DNA from: Azolla caroliniana
Taxonomy: Eukaryota > Plantae > Polypodiophyta
Direction of reading: 5' to 3'
Assembly: GCA_043228905.1 (NCBI GenBank)
Contig: JBHGNT010000002.1
Span: 13,764,001 to 13,828,000, forward strand
DNA: 64,000 bases
Made by a program: the position numbers and the translations under genes. Below the pieces are notes generated by a model. It saw only the letters and a list, made by a program, of their open reading frames with translations, did not search any database and had not been told where the DNA came from. Shown here piece after piece: positions 62,106-64,000 of the stretch. Numbering within the stretch: position 1 is the first letter of the stretch; the number at the start of each line of letters is the position of its first letter.

Positions 62106-63583
62106 ACCCCTGATAGAGGATGCTACTCAACATACAAGGCCGGAGATCACGGATATGTGAAGATGGAAAATGACGATGCATGCAAAATAGTCGGAATCAG
62201 AGATTTACATTTGCTAACATTGACAAGCTACAGAATGGTGCTTAAAGAAGTACGCTATGTTTTGGATATCAGGTTGAATTTGATATCGACTAGACGGCTC
62301 GATGAAGAAGGCTACAGTGGTACCTTCTGGATTAGAACGTGGAAATTTTGCAAGGGAAGCCTAATTGTGGCCCGTGCCCGAAAGAGGAGTACTCTATATG
62401 TATTGCATGCATGTTTGAATTGGGACCAAGTAAATGCGGCAATCGACACAGTGGGAGAGCTGTGGCATAAAAGGCTGTGTCACATGAGCCAAACAGGAAT
62501 GCAGATGCTAGCAGAATAAGAACTCCTACCGGAGATGAAGAAAGTGCATTTGGACAAATGTCCTGACTGCGTGGCTGGAAAATAGAATAGGCCGCCTTTC
62601 GCCCTAGATCTCTGATGAGAAGAAAGTACGCTCTCAAACTTGTGCATACGGACGTATGCCAAGTTGATGCAAAGTCACATGTCGGTGGACAATATTTTGT
62701 GACCTTCATAGATGACTACAACCGAAAGCTGTGGGTTTCCACACTGAAGACAAAGGACCGGGTGTTGTCCGTCTTCAAAGAATTCCAGGCAAGAGTAGAG
62801 AGAGAATTTGGTCAAAAGCTGAAGGCCATCCGGACAAACAATGGAGGAGAATACCGAGGGTAGTTCGAGGAATACTGCCGGTCTCAAGGAATCCAACTAG
62901 AAGACACTGTGCCGAAGACTCTTGAGCTAAACGGTATGGCTGAAAGGAGGAATCAGACTGTGATGGAGAGAGTCCGATGCATGCTAGTACACGCAAAATT
63001 ATTGAAGCCCTACTGGGTTGAGGCTTTGAAGATGGCTGTTCATGTGATAAACAGGTCTCCCTTAGTTCCATTAGAAGGTGATATCCCACAGAGGGTGTGG
63101 ATGGGGAAAGACATGTGATACTGACATCTGAGGGTGTTCAGTTGCCTAGCATATGTACACATTGCCAAGGACCAAAGAGGAAAATTAGATCCGAAGAGTA
63201 GGCCATGTGTCTTCTTGGGATATAGAGAGGACGAATTCGACTATCGGCTTTGGAACCTGATTGACAAGAAGGTCATTTGGAGCCAGGACATAGTCTTCAT
63301 GGAGGAAAAGAGTATTGCTGACTAGGAGAAAGAGAAGTCGGATACATCCTCCTGACCAGTTGGAAGACGAACCCCAATTGAAGAACAAGGGGAGTCGACC
63401 GAATTTGCATCAACAATCGAATCGGTTGGAGGCCATTCGAGAGTCGGATATGAACCAGTTGGCTAAGGAGATAATGAACAAAGTTAAGACCCGACTGAGG
63501 AACAACGGGAACTGGTCAAAATAAGACCATCGGCCGAATGTGGATCTAAATCAGACTAAGATGAAGAGCCGACAGAGGAAATC

Positions 63584-64000
63584 TATGAAGAGTTACATGG
63601 GGAACCTCGTAGACACAACCGGCCCAACCAGATAACAACAAACAATATATGGAGGTTTAATGGAAAGCTTGGAAATGCACAAAGAGTACGCGAGAGAGAC
63701 AGAGAGAGTAGAACACAAAATGTCTATTTCAAAAATAACACACAATACTTTGTACATACAAATGTGCTAGAGAGCATTATTTATACAAGTCCTTAAAAGG
63801 ACTGATAGAAGTACAAACAAGTACCTCAATGCTCATAACTAAGGTATGACACAAACTCCCAAAAATATGCCTATCTATTTGGCTAGGATCGTAGGCCTCT
63901 AATGGCCTACCGGTTACACATAGATCCGGACACCGATCCAGTTCTCTCCGATCCGTCTCGCTGTTCCGGATACCAATCCATCTTCATACGATCCGGCTCT
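63584..64000 (-). repeat. Copia LTR (G/L/M-type) interrupting J, running off the window
   Basis: Similar to 32489-32765. Confidence 0.75.

Larger units (their letters stand above)
56945..63583 (+). mobile_element. Copia element J (same family as H), split by K
   Basis: 5' LTR 56945-57424; PBS TGGTATTAGA at 57428; gag/PR to 58352 (SFHLTP) resumes at 62106 (PDRGC); IN 62615-63325. Confidence 0.88.

Overview
Eukaryotic (land-plant-like) genomic DNA, made up almost entirely of nested and decayed LTR retrotransposons (Ty1/copia and Ty3/gypsy), with one intact host gene, the intronless 40S ribosomal protein gene RPS16 (53082-53519), preceded by telo-box motifs. LTR pairs, target-site duplications (TSDs) and interrupted reading frames define a nest up to five layers deep. 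The most striking signal is a gypsy family (near-intact copy 37049-46913, deleted copy 1-4840) with no polypurine tract (PPT) at either internal end. It has tRNA-Arg-like 3'-end sequence at both ends, facing inward on opposite strands, which suggests tRNA priming of both DNA strands; it also encodes an extra ORF of about 900 codons. A second, tRNA-Trp-primed gypsy clade has a conserved -1 frameshift placed after the protease and apparent 4-bp CpG-centred target sites. One copia lineage carries its PPT in the loop of a conserved stem-loop. tRNA assignments come from recalled plant tRNA sequences and need database confirmation; counts are by eye.
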